DNA of 63,922 nucleotides, filler included, from Olpidium bornovanus S191 (Eukaryota; Fungi; Olpidiomycota), in NCBI GenBank assembly GCA_017911155.1. It is 25 parts of 25 records of this genome, joined end to end, with 100 filler letters (N's around TTAATTAATTAA, not from the genome) between each part and the next. Parts side by side here need not be neighbours in the genome. Positions count along the whole stretch, not along the records: positions 24,349 to 27,097 come from JAEFCI010007759.1; positions 27,198 to 28,933 come from JAEFCI010008539.1; positions 29,034 to 30,842 come from JAEFCI010009395.1; positions 30,943 to 35,004 come from JAEFCI010008809.1; positions 35,105 to 36,661 come from JAEFCI010008318.1; positions 36,762 to 39,148 come from JAEFCI010009734.1; 19 more parts are not named here. One strand, written 5' to 3'. The position numbers and the translations under genes were made by a program. The notes beneath the pieces were generated by a model that saw only the letters and a list, made by a program, of their open reading frames with translations, was not told the DNA's origin and made no database searches. Below, piece by piece: positions 24,249 through 36,906 of the stretch (positions are counted from its first letter, which is position 1; the number at the start of each line of letters is the position of its first letter).

Positions 24249-24822
24249 NNNNNNNNNNNNNNNNNNNNNNNNNNNNNNNNNNNNNNNNNNNNTTAATTAA
24301 TTAANNNNNNNNNNNNNNNNNNNNNNNNNNNNNNNNNNNNNNNNNNNNGGGGGCCGGGAGGGGGGGGGGGGGGGGGGAAGGGGGTTGGGGGGGGGACGGG
24401 GGGGGGGGGGGGGGTGAAGGGGCGGGCGGGTTGGAAAAGGAAGGCGCTGCTTTTTTCCACGCGCGCGGGCCAATCGGGTATTTGGCTGTGCACGCGTGTG
24501 GCGCCTTACTCGTTTCCCGCGTGGCGGCCGTCCCGCCGTAACGCAGCGCGCTGAGGGGAAAAAAAAGAAAAATTACCCGGGAGTCGCTCGTCATTCCGCC
24601 ACCCTCACAACCCCTTTCTTCCCCTCCAACCGCACTCCTGTCCCCGGCCCTCGCCCGCCCAGGAAGGCGGCCCCCCCCCCCACCCACCACACACACATTC
24701 CTAAACCGCCCCCGCTAAGTCAATCGCATTATCCGGGTTTCGTTCGCCCGTTTTTTTTTTCCTTGCAGTAGCTGGAAAGGAGGCGGGGCGCGCGCGCCCG
24801 CCCGGAAAACAGAAATAAAAAA

Positions 24823-27097
24823 ATGCCGCGTCTCGGGATCGCCCTCGGGTCCGTGTTCTTCAAGAAGAGCCAAGGAAAGGAACAATGGTCCTCTCACGAC
24901 GGCCACGTCGGCCCGCGAGACCGCCAGCGGTCGCCGCTGGCGCAGGCCCCGACGTCGCCGCAAGTATCTCCGCCTGCCGAGAGCCTGGCGTCCGAACCGG
25001 CGGGGTCGCCGGCCAGGCAGTTCGGGAGAGGGCGGCTCTCCGCGTCTCTCTATTCCGACGGCGTCCGCCCGATCGACACGTTTTCGCTGCAAACCGGAGA
25101 ACCGGGCGGCGAGAGGGGTCCGCCAGCGACCAGGAGGAACACGTTCAGCATGGCGAGGACTTTCGTCCGTTCCGGCGGGAGGCGCTGGGCCCGAGGCAAC
25201 GGCGGCAGCAGCGGCAGGCGCGATTCGAGTTGGAGCGCGACGCGGTCGGAGGGCGGCCGGCAGTCCCATTCGAGGTCCAGCAGCCAAAGCCCTGACCCGG
25301 GCTACGAGGCCGTCGCGAGGGACATTTCCTCGTTGAAGCGCGAGCTGCGGCGGCTGAAGGCGGCGCAGTCCGACGAGCTGTTCGACCAGGCGCAGCGGCG
25401 GCATTCGACCCGCCGGGCCGCCCAGCGGCAGCAGCAGCAGCAGCAGCAGGAGGCCGAGCTCCGGAACGCGACGACGGTCCGGCGGGAGCACGCGGAAAGC
25501 GAGAGGGTCGTTGCGTCCCTTCGTTCCGAGCTGGGGGAGGCCATGGCCTTCGCCCAGCAGTGGGCGCAGGCCGCCGCGAAAGCGGAAGCGGAGCTGGACA
25601 GGCGGCGGTCGCAGAACGAGGCGGACGTCGCGAACCGGCAGGATTTCGAAGCCATGGGCAGGGCGCTGGCCGAGCAGCAGGTCGAACTGGCCGCGGCAAA
25701 GGCGCAGCTCGAAGTTTGGCGGCAGAAGGCGGCCGAAGCGTCGGCGCGCGCCCCCGCCTCGCCGTCTCCCGCGGCCGGCCGCCGCGGCGGGGGGCACGAC
25801 GACGCCGCCCCCGCTTCCGGCCCGTCTCCGCGCAGCCCCGTGCCGCCATCTCCCCTCGGCGGCCGAGACGGCGAAGAACGGGACGGCGCGACGGCCGCTC
25901 CCGGCTCGCCTGCCGCCCGCAATGCCGGGGACGTCACGGCCATGACGGAATGGTTCGACGACAAGCACGCGGCAATGATCATGGAGCGCTGGCAGATCGC
26001 CGACGCGGACAGCGTCCAGCTGGAAATCCTCTCGGCTCTGCTGACGACCGAGGACGCGCTCCGGGAAACGAGAACGAAGCTCGGCCGCGCGGAGGCGGAT
26101 TGCGCCGCGTGGGAGGAGCGGTTCGCCGACATGGAAGATTCGCTGAAGTCCGAGGTCTTGCGGTACAAAAGAATCGCGGAGGCCGCCGAAGCGCAGGTCG
26201 AGGAACTTAGAAGCCGAACCGAGAGACGGCCGTCTCCTCCTCCCGAGGCGCCGCAGGAGCCGGCGTCGTCCAGCCTGCGTCAAGCCGAGATTCGTCGCGC
26301 CGAGGAAGCGCGAGAGGCGATCCAGCAGGCGCTGGAAGCATCGGAAGCGCGGCGGATTGACGCGGTGGACCCCAACCGCGTTCTGGAAACTCAACGTGCC
26401 GACCTATCTGCCAGATGTCAGGCGGGCGAGGTACGGCTTACTTAATTTTTTCTTTTTTAAAGAAAATTGAAAAAAACAAGAAAACGAAGATACGAATCAA
26501 ACTTTGCGGTTTCGAAAAACGCCTGGCCTGACTTTCTTTTCGCGCGTGTGCGACAGAGCGGCGCTTCACAGAATGACGAGAACATCGCCTCGCTCAGTGC
26601 GGACTTGGGTCGATCGCTCGCGTCGGCCGAGGAGAGCCTAGGGGTAATAGAGGTCGCCGCGGAGGATCGCGAAAGAAAACTGTCTGCATTACGCTCGCAA
26701 TTGGAAACGGCGGTAAGGACGCTGGGCTCTTATGGCGTGGTTTTGGCGGGGTTTTTTATTTTTATTTTTTTCCGTTTGAGGGGGGGCGGGAAGAGGCGTC
26801 GTTTTTGCGGCTCAAATCGTAGAGCCACGTTCCGTAACGTTCCTCCAGGAAATACGCGCGAAGGAAGCGGAAGAGGAACTCGCCCGGCCTCGTTCCGCCG
26901 CGGACGAGGAGAATGTCGAGAAGCGAGACGGAGAGATTATGCGCCTGCGCTTCGCTCTGGAAGAACTTGGGCACCTCATGGACTTGAACCTCTGGGAGCT
27001 TCGGCAGAAAGCGATGCAGTTAGATGCCGCGCCGGACTGGCAGAACGAAACCAGAATCTTGCTCGACAAGGTACGCGCTGCTGCGCCGCCGAAAAAA
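24823..27097 (+). CDS. Uncharacterised coiled-coil protein (multi-exon, 3' partial)
   Basis: 540-aa first exon with Ser/Pro-rich head and heptad-rich segments (RDISSLKRELRRLK, RVVASLRSEL, EEAREAIQQAL); further helical exons to the contig end. Confidence 0.7.
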
Positions 27098-27197
27098 NNN
27101 NNNNNNNNNNNNNNNNNNNNNNNNNNNNNNNNNNNNNNNNNTTAATTAATTAANNNNNNNNNNNNNNNNNNNNNNNNNNNNNNNNNNNNNNNNNNNN

Positions 27198-28096
27198 GGA
27201 CACGTGGGGCCTCTTCCGCGTCCACCAGTTCGAGAAGATTGAACAGTTCGTCATCACCGAGCCGAACAAGAGCTGGGAGGCGTTCGACGAGATGATCGGC
27301 ATCAGCGAAGAGTTCATGCAGTCGGTAGGAAAAAGCTTCGGGTTTAGGCCGATAGTCTGGGCACGGGCCGACGCCGTTGTTCCGCGGCGGGCCGCGGCGA
27401 ATTAATTCCCAAAAAAAAATAAAAAAAACGAACCCCCCCCGCTCCGCCAGCTCGGCCTCGAGTACCGCATCGTCTCCATCGTCTCCGGCGCGTTGAATAA
27501 CGCCGCCGCGAAGAAGTACGACCTTGAAGCGTGGTTCCCTTACCAAGGTGTGTTTGCTAGGCGGCGGTTGTCGGCGGGGCCGCGCCGCGTGGGGTGACGT
27601 TTGCCGGGAAAGCCCTTCAAACTGTTGTCCTTCCCGGTTCCCGTTTTCCAGGCGAACACAAGGAGCTTGTCTCGTGCTCGAACTGCTTGGACTACCAGAG
27701 CCGCAGCCTCGAGATCCGCTCGGGGGCCAAGAAGATGGGCGACCGCGAAAAGGTCTACGTCCACTGCCTGAACGCCACCTTGTGCGCCACCGAGCGGACG
27801 CTTTGCGCGCTGCTGGAGAACCACCAGACCCCGGAGGTGCGTCGACTTACCCTTTTTTTTTCTTTCTCATTCCTCCGCGTGTGTTTTTTGCCCGAAAGCA
27901 CCACGCGCTCGAGTACGCGTGCTCACGGCTCGTCTTTTTTTTTTTCTTGGTCCCCCCGGGGTCCACACGATGCTCGCCCCTTTGCCGTGTTCAGGGCGTG
28001 AACATCCCAAAAGTCCTCCAGCCGTATTTGGGCGGGCGCGATTTTATCCCATACGTGAGGGAGCTGCCCGCCGTCAAGGCCCCTGCCAAAAAATGA
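27198..28096 (+). CDS. SES1: Cytosolic seryl-tRNA synthetase, C-terminal part (5' partial)
   Basis: [14 protein letters not shown] (motif 2), [50 protein letters not shown]; stop at 28094-28096. Confidence 0.95.
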
Positions 28097-30658
28097 GGTC
28101 TTTTTTAACAGATTACAAATTTGTTCTCTGGAATTTTGCGGCGGTTTGGAGCGGATGGGAGGGAGGGGACAGGGCGCCCCGCCGTGATGTTCGACGCGGC
28201 ATCAAAATGACAAAAAGTCTCGTCAAGCCCAAAAATTCCATCACTCCAGGGGGGGGCGGGGGAAGGGCACATTCGAATTAAACCACACGAGCGAAGACTC
28301 GCCCACTTTCCTGGGAACACGGGGGAAGGTGAAAAGGGGCATATCCCGTCCCCGCCCCCGCTATCGGTCACACCTTCGTCATACACGCGCGCGACGCACA
28401 GGGTTTCATCCTTGTACCGTACACGAGCAAAGTATCAGCACCGTCGGGCCCGTCTTCTCCCTGACCGCAGCTTTTGGCGGTGAAACCACGCCTGCGGGGT
28501 CGGCGACAGATTTTAGAGAAAACACAAATCGATGAGTTTTAAGTATTGTCGCTTATTAATATTGGTTTCCGACGGTAATTTTGGTAACAAGCAGTAGTGA
28601 GTAATATTGATTAGCAGCAATTAACATTAATTCTAGTTGATTGCGAGCATTTTGCTCTTAATCAACAAAATCAATATTTTCCACTAATGGTTGCGTTGAC
28701 CCGCGTCTACTAATACCGTCACTCTTCACCTGAACTTGCAGAATCCCACGAGGACTTGCTTTTTTTTTGTTTCTCCTCCTCTTTCCCGCCCTCAACCCGC
28801 ACCCCGTCTATCCTGGAGAGCATTATTATTTCCGCCGCGGTTCTGTTTCCCGGCCTGGCCGGCGCGAGGTGGGGGGGGGGGGGGGGGGGGTTTGGCGGGG
28901 GGGGGGGGGGGGGGGGGGGGGGGGGCGGGGGGANNNNNNNNNNNNNNNNNNNNNNNNNNNNNNNNNNNNNNNNNNNNTTAATTAATTAANNNNNNNNNNN
29001 NNNNNNNNNNNNNNNNNNNNNNNNNNNNNNNNNCGGGAAAGGGAAACAACGGCGGACGACAGCTAGACAAAACCGACGCCAACGAAGCTTGTCCGCTGGA
29101 CCCGGATATCGTGAAACATACCGCCCCATCGAGAGCACACACTTAAAAGTCATGCAGTTCGTAAAGAAGGAAATCGGCGGCTGTGAACACCTGAAAAGCG
29201 CACACGATGATATAAAAGCTACCGTCAAAGAGAGCTGCTCATAGAGGTGGGAACAGGGGCTGCAGTGCTTTTGCCTTCGGCAAATGCGGAGGCGCGGTCA
29301 TCATGCGACGCTGGTTCCCAAAAAGTCTCGGCGGCGGCACGTGCGAAAGCTTGTTAGTCAACAAGTCAAAGTGCCGAAAGGCGAACGGGTCAACGCATGA
29401 CCTTTTTCCGGGGCGCCGCGCCCTGTTGACGTTTGATCTCGTGAAGGCGGCGCAGGAGGCGAGGCCATGGAACCTCCCGACCTCCCGCTTGGGCGCCGGC
29501 AAGTCCGCGCTCCCCGACGTTCGTCCGCTCCACCTTTTTGTGGCGTGCGGTCCTCGGCGCTTGCCTTGGCGGCCGACAGCCAAGCTTTTTTTGCGTGGGA
29601 ATCAGTGTTTTCGCCTTTTCAAGAGCGGGTACAGCTTCGTCGACCACGGTGACGCCTTCTTCGGCAGTGCGCGTGTCCAGTCCCTGCTTCTGCGCCCGCA
29701 GGTCATGCCGTCATTTTCGTTAGGGACCGCGCGGGCCAGACCCCCGAACTGTGACGGACTGCCGGTGCCGGTGGGCCAAAAGTTTTCTTTGTCGAACCTC
29801 CCAGGCGTCGCAAAGGTCGTTAATCGCCGGGGTACTGGAAAACGCCGCCCGCGCGCATGGCGGGTCGTCGCCAAAACCAATCCAGCCTCAAATCTTCCAA
29901 AGCCATTTCCGGCGCTTTGGTAATCTGTTTCATGCGTTTGGCGGCTCGCAATGCCGCCGGCACAGATTTGTCGCCGAGTGGCGCAGGCAGTGATCACCCC
30001 TTCGGCGATGCATGCGCCTCGGGAAAGTAAAAGCGGCCGGCGTTGCCCAGTTTGTGACGGTCGACGCAGCCAGTGGCCCAATGCGGTCTCCTGCGTTCCG
30101 TTCCTTATCTCATTGGCCAGCCGCTGTTGTAGCGTCAGCATTTTCGCTGACACGTGGCGCCCATTCTCCCAATCACCGAGTCCGCTTTCAACAAATGGCG
30201 AGGACTTTGCGTCGCAGCAATCGCGTCAAACAACCGACAGGGCCCATCAAGCAAGTCGCTGGATTCCCTGCGCAGCGAAAAAAAACCGCACGGCTCCGCA
30301 GTCTCGCGTCGGCGGCCCCTCAGAAGCGCGGGATGGGGACAGCGGGCGGGCAGAGCGGAGATGTCCGCGAGGATTATAAAACGCGCACTGAGTTTCCCCC
30401 GGCTTTCCAAAAGCCCCGCGCTTCCTGCCTGCAAGAACCTTCCTCCCCACCACCCGCCCCCCTCTTTCTCCGGGAAGGCCCAACGCAAGCTAACGTGAGT
30501 GCTGTCGCAATAGGCCGGCCCTGTTCGCCGAAGTTTTCCGTGCCTGCCGCAGTCGTTGCCCGCCGGACATTTTTAACAGAGCGGATTTCCTTTCCGCGCA
30601 CGCAGGAAACCTCGTGATCTCCGCGCAAGCCTTCTTCCCCCCGGTCCTACCTGAAGCC

Positions 30659-30842
30659 ATGAAGTTCGCTCTTATTGCCGTGTTCGCCCTTCTTGCCCTC
30701 GCGCAGGTTGTGTCTGCCGAACCCAGCCCAGATCCCGCCCCGGCTCCCGCCCCGGAACCCTGGAAGAAGGGCTACGGCGGTTACGGGAAGAAGGGATACG
30801 GCGGCGGATACGGGAAGAAGGGATACGGCGGCGGATACGGGA
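30659..30842 (+). CDS. Secreted Gly/Tyr/Lys-rich repeat peptide precursor (3' partial)
   Basis: MKFALIAVFALLALAQVVSA (signal-peptide-like) + EP-SP-DP-AP-AP-AP-EP + W-KK-GYGGYG-KK-GYGGGYG-KK-GYGGGYG, cut by the contig end. Confidence 0.85.
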
Positions 30843-31014
30843 NNNNNNNNNNNNNNNNNNNNNNNNNNNNNNNNNNNNNNNNNNNNTTAATTAATTAANN
30901 NNNNNNNNNNNNNNNNNNNNNNNNNNNNNNNNNNNNNNNNNNAAAGGGAAAAAAACACAAAAAAAAAAAAAAAAAAAAACAACCCAAAAAAAAAAAAAAA
31001 AAAAAAAAAAAACC

Positions 31015-31079
<65 letters not shown>

Positions 31080-31979
31080 CTTTACCGGGGAAAGCGAAAC
31101 CGCGAAACGATCCCCGCAAAAAGAAAAGCTGGACGGAGAGAACGGGAGGGAAGAAGAAGAGCGAAACCCTTTTGGCCCCCCCCCCCCCCCACACCCACCT
31201 CCGCCTGGTCGGCGTGGTGGCGGGAATGGAGGAAGGCAGACGCGTCGGGGAGGAAAAGACGCGTCGAACCAAACGTGCCAACACCCCTCTTGATCGGTTT
31301 GGAGAATCCGGCTCGCTGATTGAGCGGGTTTTGTTTCTCACTCCCCGTTCCTTCTCCGTGCGCCCGCCGACTACGAGATAGAAGTGCGCGGAAAAAAACC
31401 AAGAAAAAAAGAACCGCACACCCTTCCTCCCGCGCGCCAGAGAAGCGTCGGCGGCGGAACGGACCCTCTTCCCCCCCACGCACGCGCCGAAGCCAAAAAC
31501 CTCTTAGACGTGGACGGGGATTGTCAACGCGTGGTCCTGCCCCGCCTTAGCGCGTAAGCCTGCCTCCCGCTGCAGTCCCCAAGGTGCGAAACATTGTGTT
31601 TCGCAGGCCGCAAACGTCCCCGACAACTCCGGTCCTTTTTTTTGCGCCTGCCGCGGCCTTCCCACTCTCCATCGCTTTTTACGTCTTCCCAAACCATCCC
31701 CCCCCGCTGCCCATCCGGCGGTGGCCGCCCGGCTTCCCGTCGCCTCCCATGTACTGCCTTTCGTATGTAACGGGAAAAAAATACGGCTGCGGCGTCAGTA
31801 AGAGGGAGGAGACTCTTGGCGGAAGTCTTGTCGCTTGGAAGGGACCCGGCCCGGCGCTATCCTCCTCCTCCTCCCCTGAAAGGAAGCAAAAAAAACGCCC
31901 CGCGGAAAAAGAGGCGGTTCGGCTCCCCGCGGAAAACTCCCCTCCCCGGCCTGTCCCGCTGTAAAGGCGTGGGGAAGCC

Positions 31980-34827
31980 ATGCCCGGGGACGAAGGCGAC
32001 GGCCAGCAGCCGCAGCTGGGCGGCTTCAGGCCGCCCGCGGCGTTGATCCAGGTGAAGGACGTAACCATACGGCCGGTCGACCAACCGGACCGTGCCTGGT
32101 CCGCCCCGGGTGTGCTGAGCGCCTAACGCTGCCAACTCCTGCTCCCGCCTAACCCCGGACCCAGGCGTCCCAGAAAAGGCAGGCCGAACTTAAGGAGAAA
32201 CAGGAACGGCGCCACGAGGAAGCTGCGGCCGCGGCCGCGGCCGAGCCGAACCAAACGGGCAACGTTGGCCGGGGGTCCCCGGCCTCTGGGAGGGCCAGCC
32301 CGGGCTCAAAAAATGTCGCGGCGGCTGCGTTTACTGCCGGGCAGGGCGCAACGTTGTCGCCAATGAACCAGCGCCGGACGGGACGGCCGCCGCCGCCCGG
32401 CGGCGGCGGCGGCGGCGTCAGCAGTCTGGGAAAGCGCCGGCCGAACGTTAACACGTCGCCAAGCAAAACTGCTCTTCGCATAGAGGAGCTGCGGAAGGCT
32501 CGGGAGGAGCGGAGGGGCAAGCAGGCGGAGGTCATGAGGGCGAAACAAGGGCTCAACGACCGCGAGCAGGTGCAACTTTTGTACGCCCGGCAGATCGAGG
32601 AGTTCCGCGCTAAGCTTTTGGCGAAGGCGAAGAAGCTTGGGGATGGCGGACAGCCCGTTCCGGCGCCTGCGGGCGACAGGGACGTTCGAATCCGCGTCTG
32701 CGTGAGACAACGACCCATGAGCTCCGAAGGTGCGGCCACTTTGGGGGAGTCACTCGAAGTTCGATCTAAGCGGACGCGGCCCGCTCACGATCCTTCGTAA
32801 TTCTCCGCGAACTTCGATTCAGAAACTCAAAAGGGAGGCCTTAAAATTGCAACGCCGTCGCCCATCCCTTTGCGGACCAAGTCCGGCCGCCGAGGGCCGG
32901 ACATGCTTTACGTCCACGAGCTGAAGGTGCGGTTGGATCTCAGCCACGAGATCGACACACACGCGTTCCGGTTCGATCGCGTCTTCGGAGAAACTGCGAA
33001 CAACGAGGAAATCTACCAAGCCGTGGCGAAACCCTTAGTCAAAGCACTGTTCAAGGGGGGAAGGGTCACGTTCTTCTGTTACGGACAGGTGCCGGACCGA
33101 CTCGGGCTCTCCGAGAATCTTGTGTTCAACATTGACTGATGCGCCGCTGACGTACGGCTGTTTAGACAGGAAGCGGGAAAACCCACACAGTGTTTGGAGA
33201 AAAAGGAGGAAAAGGCAAAGGCGTCACGGGCCTTTATGGTAAGGCGCTGCACGGCCGCAATCGCGTGGGAAACGCAGACGGAGGTGCCCTGACGCGCGGT
33301 TTTTGTTGGGGTGTCCGCGCAGAGTTGGCGTGTCGCGACATCTTCGAGCTCAAACAGGGCGCCGGGCTTAACGTCTACGCGTGCTTTTTCGAGATCTACG
33401 GCGGCCGGATCTACGACCTGTTTAGCAACAGAGGACGGGTGACTCTGTTGGAAGACAAAACAGGCCGCGCGCGCGTGCGCGGTCTACGGGAGATCAGGGT
33501 GGACACTGTGGAGGATCTGCTCAACCTGACGATGTCTGGTAACCTCCAGCGCACGACGGCGTCGATTGAGGCTAACGCGACGTCGTCTCGGTCGCATGCC
33601 GTCTTTCAGCTCGCCCTGAGGCACTCGGAGGGCGGCGGCGGCCCCGGATACGGGCCCCTGTTCGGCAAGTTCTCGCTTATCGACCTGGCCGGCTCCGAGC
33701 GCGGGGCAGACACCGGCAACGCCAGCCGCCAGGCGCGGATCGAGGCGGCGGACATCAACGTCAGCCTCTTGGCGCTCAAGGAGTGCATCCGCGCGCTACA
33801 CAAGAAATCGACTGCCAGCGAGGAGGCCTCGCAGAACCACGTCCCGTTCCGCGCGTCGAAGCTGACGCAGATCCTAAGAGACTCGCTCATCGGCAAAGGG
33901 GCCCGCACCGTCATGATCGCCAACATTTCTCCCGTGGACAGCGCCTCGGAGCACACGCTGAACACGCTCCGGTACGCCGCGCGCGTCAAGGATTTTCGCG
34001 ACTCTCAAACCGTCGGCGCTCCTGTCGGTGCCGTGGCCCGGGCAGGTTCCAAGAGCCGGATCCCGGCCGCCGGCTCCGCGTTTGACGAGTTGACGGCCGA
34101 GGTCGCGGAGGACGAGGAGGAGGCCGACGAGGAAGAGGACGTGGCGTCCGAGGAGGTTTCCCTCGAGCCGGAATCTGACTTCACTTTCGAAGAGGTTTCC
34201 TCCGGATTTGACACAAGCCTGGAGGAGCAGTATCAGCCGCGGTCGGGACCTCCTGAGGCCGAAGATTACGAGTTTGACGCCGGACCGACCCCGCTTCCGC
34301 CCGACGGCGTCCTCAGCGCTTCGACCAACGGGAGCGACGAGGACCTCTGCGGCTTCACCTGGACGACCGCCGCCTCGACAACGGCGATTTCGATCGCCAG
34401 GACGGCGGCGGCGGCGGCGGAGGAGGAGGAGGCGGCCGCGATGGCGGCGGACAAGCGGGACCTCGCGGAGCTGCACACTCGGCTGGGGTCGCCGGCCTGC
34501 GTAAAGGAGCTGCACTTCGCGGTCGACCACCTCCTGGCCGCCGAGGACGCCCTCCTGCGCGACCACCGCGCCGCCCTCGCGGCGCTCTCGCGCATGGCCG
34601 CCGAGGTCGAGGCGCCGCTCATCGAGGCGGCGGCCAAAGGCCAGGGCGAGATCGACGCGTACGCCGCCGGCCTGGCCGACGTGATCGACAGCAAGATCGC
34701 CATACTCTTCCGCCTCCGCAGGCGGGTCGAGGAGGTCTCCAAACGGCTCAGCGAGGAGGAAGCGGCCAGCGTCGGGGCGATCGAGAACGAGGAGGAAAGG
34801 CTGACGCGGTCTGCGGCGGTGGACTGA
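31980..34827 (+). CDS. Kinesin-13 family microtubule depolymerase (KIF2/KIF24-like); start codon uncertain
   Basis: Neck RIEELRKAREERR, RIRVCVRQRP, FRFDRVF, FCYGQ-TGSGKTHT (split by an intron), FFEIYGGRIYDL, NATSSRSHA, LIDLAGSERGAD, HVPFRASKLTQILRDS, EHTLNTLRYA; internal motor. Confidence 0.93.
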
Positions 34828-35104
34828 CGAAACCGGCCCCGTTCGTTTCGTGGGATGCGGTTTGCATGAGCAGGGTTGGGGGGGTTTACATTTCTTTTTT
34901 TGAGAACACGGGGCTTCCCCCCCCCTACTCCCACGAGCTGCGTAATTTCGCTTCGCGGTTATTTCCGCCACCTCCCCCCCCCCCCCCCACCCCCCCCGCC
35001 CCGCNNNNNNNNNNNNNNNNNNNNNNNNNNNNNNNNNNNNNNNNNNNNTTAATTAATTAANNNNNNNNNNNNNNNNNNNNNNNNNNNNNNNNNNNNNNNN
35101 NNNN

Positions 35105-36277
35105 CATGTGGGCAAACGCCTCATCGGGCACTGCCGGATGAAAGGGCAGCGGCGCGTGGTGCGCGGCGTCTTTTTTGGTCGCGCTAACGTCTCCTTCGAG
35201 CGCGGCGAGCCCGACGTCGGCGGCGGCTTGCGAGGTTCCGCAAACCCCGCTCAGTGCAGAAGACGCCTCCGGATGCTGCTCCATTTTCGGCAGACTTGCT
35301 TTAGCGGACTCCGGAACGGCCCCTGCCAGCGGAAGAGGCGCCCACTGAGCATAATGCCCGACCGGCCGACAGCTGCCGGCGGACGTCGACAGCTGCGGAA
35401 GGTGAGCCGCCTGATCATTGCGCGCGAGGTTTCCGGCCGAGATGACCGGCACAGCAGGCAGCAAAACCGGAAGCGCGGGGAGGCCCTGCGTTCCCGGAGC
35501 CGCGGGGGGGGTCGGGAGCACCGCGGAGACGGCGGGCGCGGACTCGGACGAAGTGATCATCGGGGCGGCGCGAATCAGCACGGGATTGGCGTTCACGACC
35601 AAGTTCTTGGGTTCGACCGGGATCACCCCTGCCGGCAGCCGAACGGGAGCGTGCGGCGCCGCCGGCGCGATGAGGACCGGAAAACGCCGAGCCCCCGCGG
35701 CCGCCGCCCTCGGCGCGGAGGCGGCGGCGGCAGCCGAAGGGGCCGCGGGCTTGGGCTGCTGCGCCCGCGCCCTCGGCTTCGCGGGCCTCTTAGGCTTCGG
35801 TGGGGCGACGGGGCGTTGCGCGCGCGCGGCGATGCGGCCGGCGGCTCCCGCCGACGCCGCCGCGGTGCATTTGGTTTTCGCGCGGCGGTTCTGGAACCAG
35901 ATCTGGACGGCGCGGATCGGCATCCCCAGCGTGTTCGCCAGCTTTGACCGCGCGTCGGTCGAGGGCTTCGGCGTCTCCTCGAAGACGCGCTCCAGGACGG
36001 CGAGCTGGTCGCCCGTGACCCGCCTCCTGCGCCGCTGCTGGTCGTCTCTTCTGGGAGACGGCTGCAGCTGCTGGTGCACATGAGCGAGGCGCCGGTCCGA
36101 CTTGGGTAATATCGGCCTAGGGCCGCAGGCGGCAGCGAGAGCGGGAGGCGGCAGCGGCCCCGGGGGCGGCGGGGGCAGGCTCGAGCCGCACCACGGCACG
36201 AAGATTGCCCCGCTCCCGGCGTCCAGGAGCGACACCGGGGGCGACGGATAGACGGTGACCAGCGATCCGGCGTTCAT
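35105..36277 (-). CDS. Homeodomain transcription factor (3' partial)
   Basis: RRRRVTGDQLAVLERVFEETPKPSTDARSKLANTLGMPIRAVQIWFQNRRAK at ~35870-36035; Pro/Ala-rich flanks; ATG 36277 (ORF open from 36397). Confidence 0.9.
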
Positions 36278-36571
36278 TGTTCCCCCCCCCCCCTGGAACG
36301 GGGCGAAGAGCGCGCGCGCGTTGGTCAGCGCAAGAACGTTTTCTTGAACGCGTAACGCGACGGAAAAGGGGGGGACAGGGGGGTTTGGCGCTGCCAAAGG
36401 GCGACGAACGAAACCGCGCCAACCGAGGTGGGGAGGGGGAGGGAGTGCGGCAGGGTCTCGCTCGGCCGCGCCGGGGAAGGGAGGGGTGTGTGGGGGGGGG
36501 GGGGGGGGGGGGGGGGGGAGCGAGGAGATGATGGTGATGATGATGGCGCGGCGCCTTTCTTTTGGTGTGGG

Positions 36572-36605
<34 letters not shown>

Positions 36606-36621
36606 GGGGGGCGGGGGGGGG

Positions 36622-36661
<40 letters not shown>

Positions 36662-36769
36662 NNNNNNNNNNNNNNNNNNNNNNNNNNNNNNNNNNNNNNN
36701 NNNNNTTAATTAATTAANNNNNNNNNNNNNNNNNNNNNNNNNNNNNNNNNNNNNNNNNNNNTCGTGTGT

Positions 36770-36814
<45 letters not shown>

Positions 36815-36906
36815 CCTTTGTGGGTGACCGCCGGGCTGAATCGCCCGACCCCCCTCCCCGCCCCCCCTCCCCTCGTCCCCCCCACCCCACCCCGTCTGCC
36901 TTTGAT

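Noticed and set aside
24715-26394. Long antisense ORFs (also 33874-34971, 57982-59253, 36710-37804)
   Set aside because: Shadow ORFs expected opposite very GC-rich coding regions; Arg/Pro/Gly-biased with no domains.
29034-30620. Genes clustered with the secreted repeat precursor (e.g. tailoring enzymes)
   Set aside because: No DUF3328, protease or oxidase motif is visible in this short contig, and neighbouring contigs are not physically linked.
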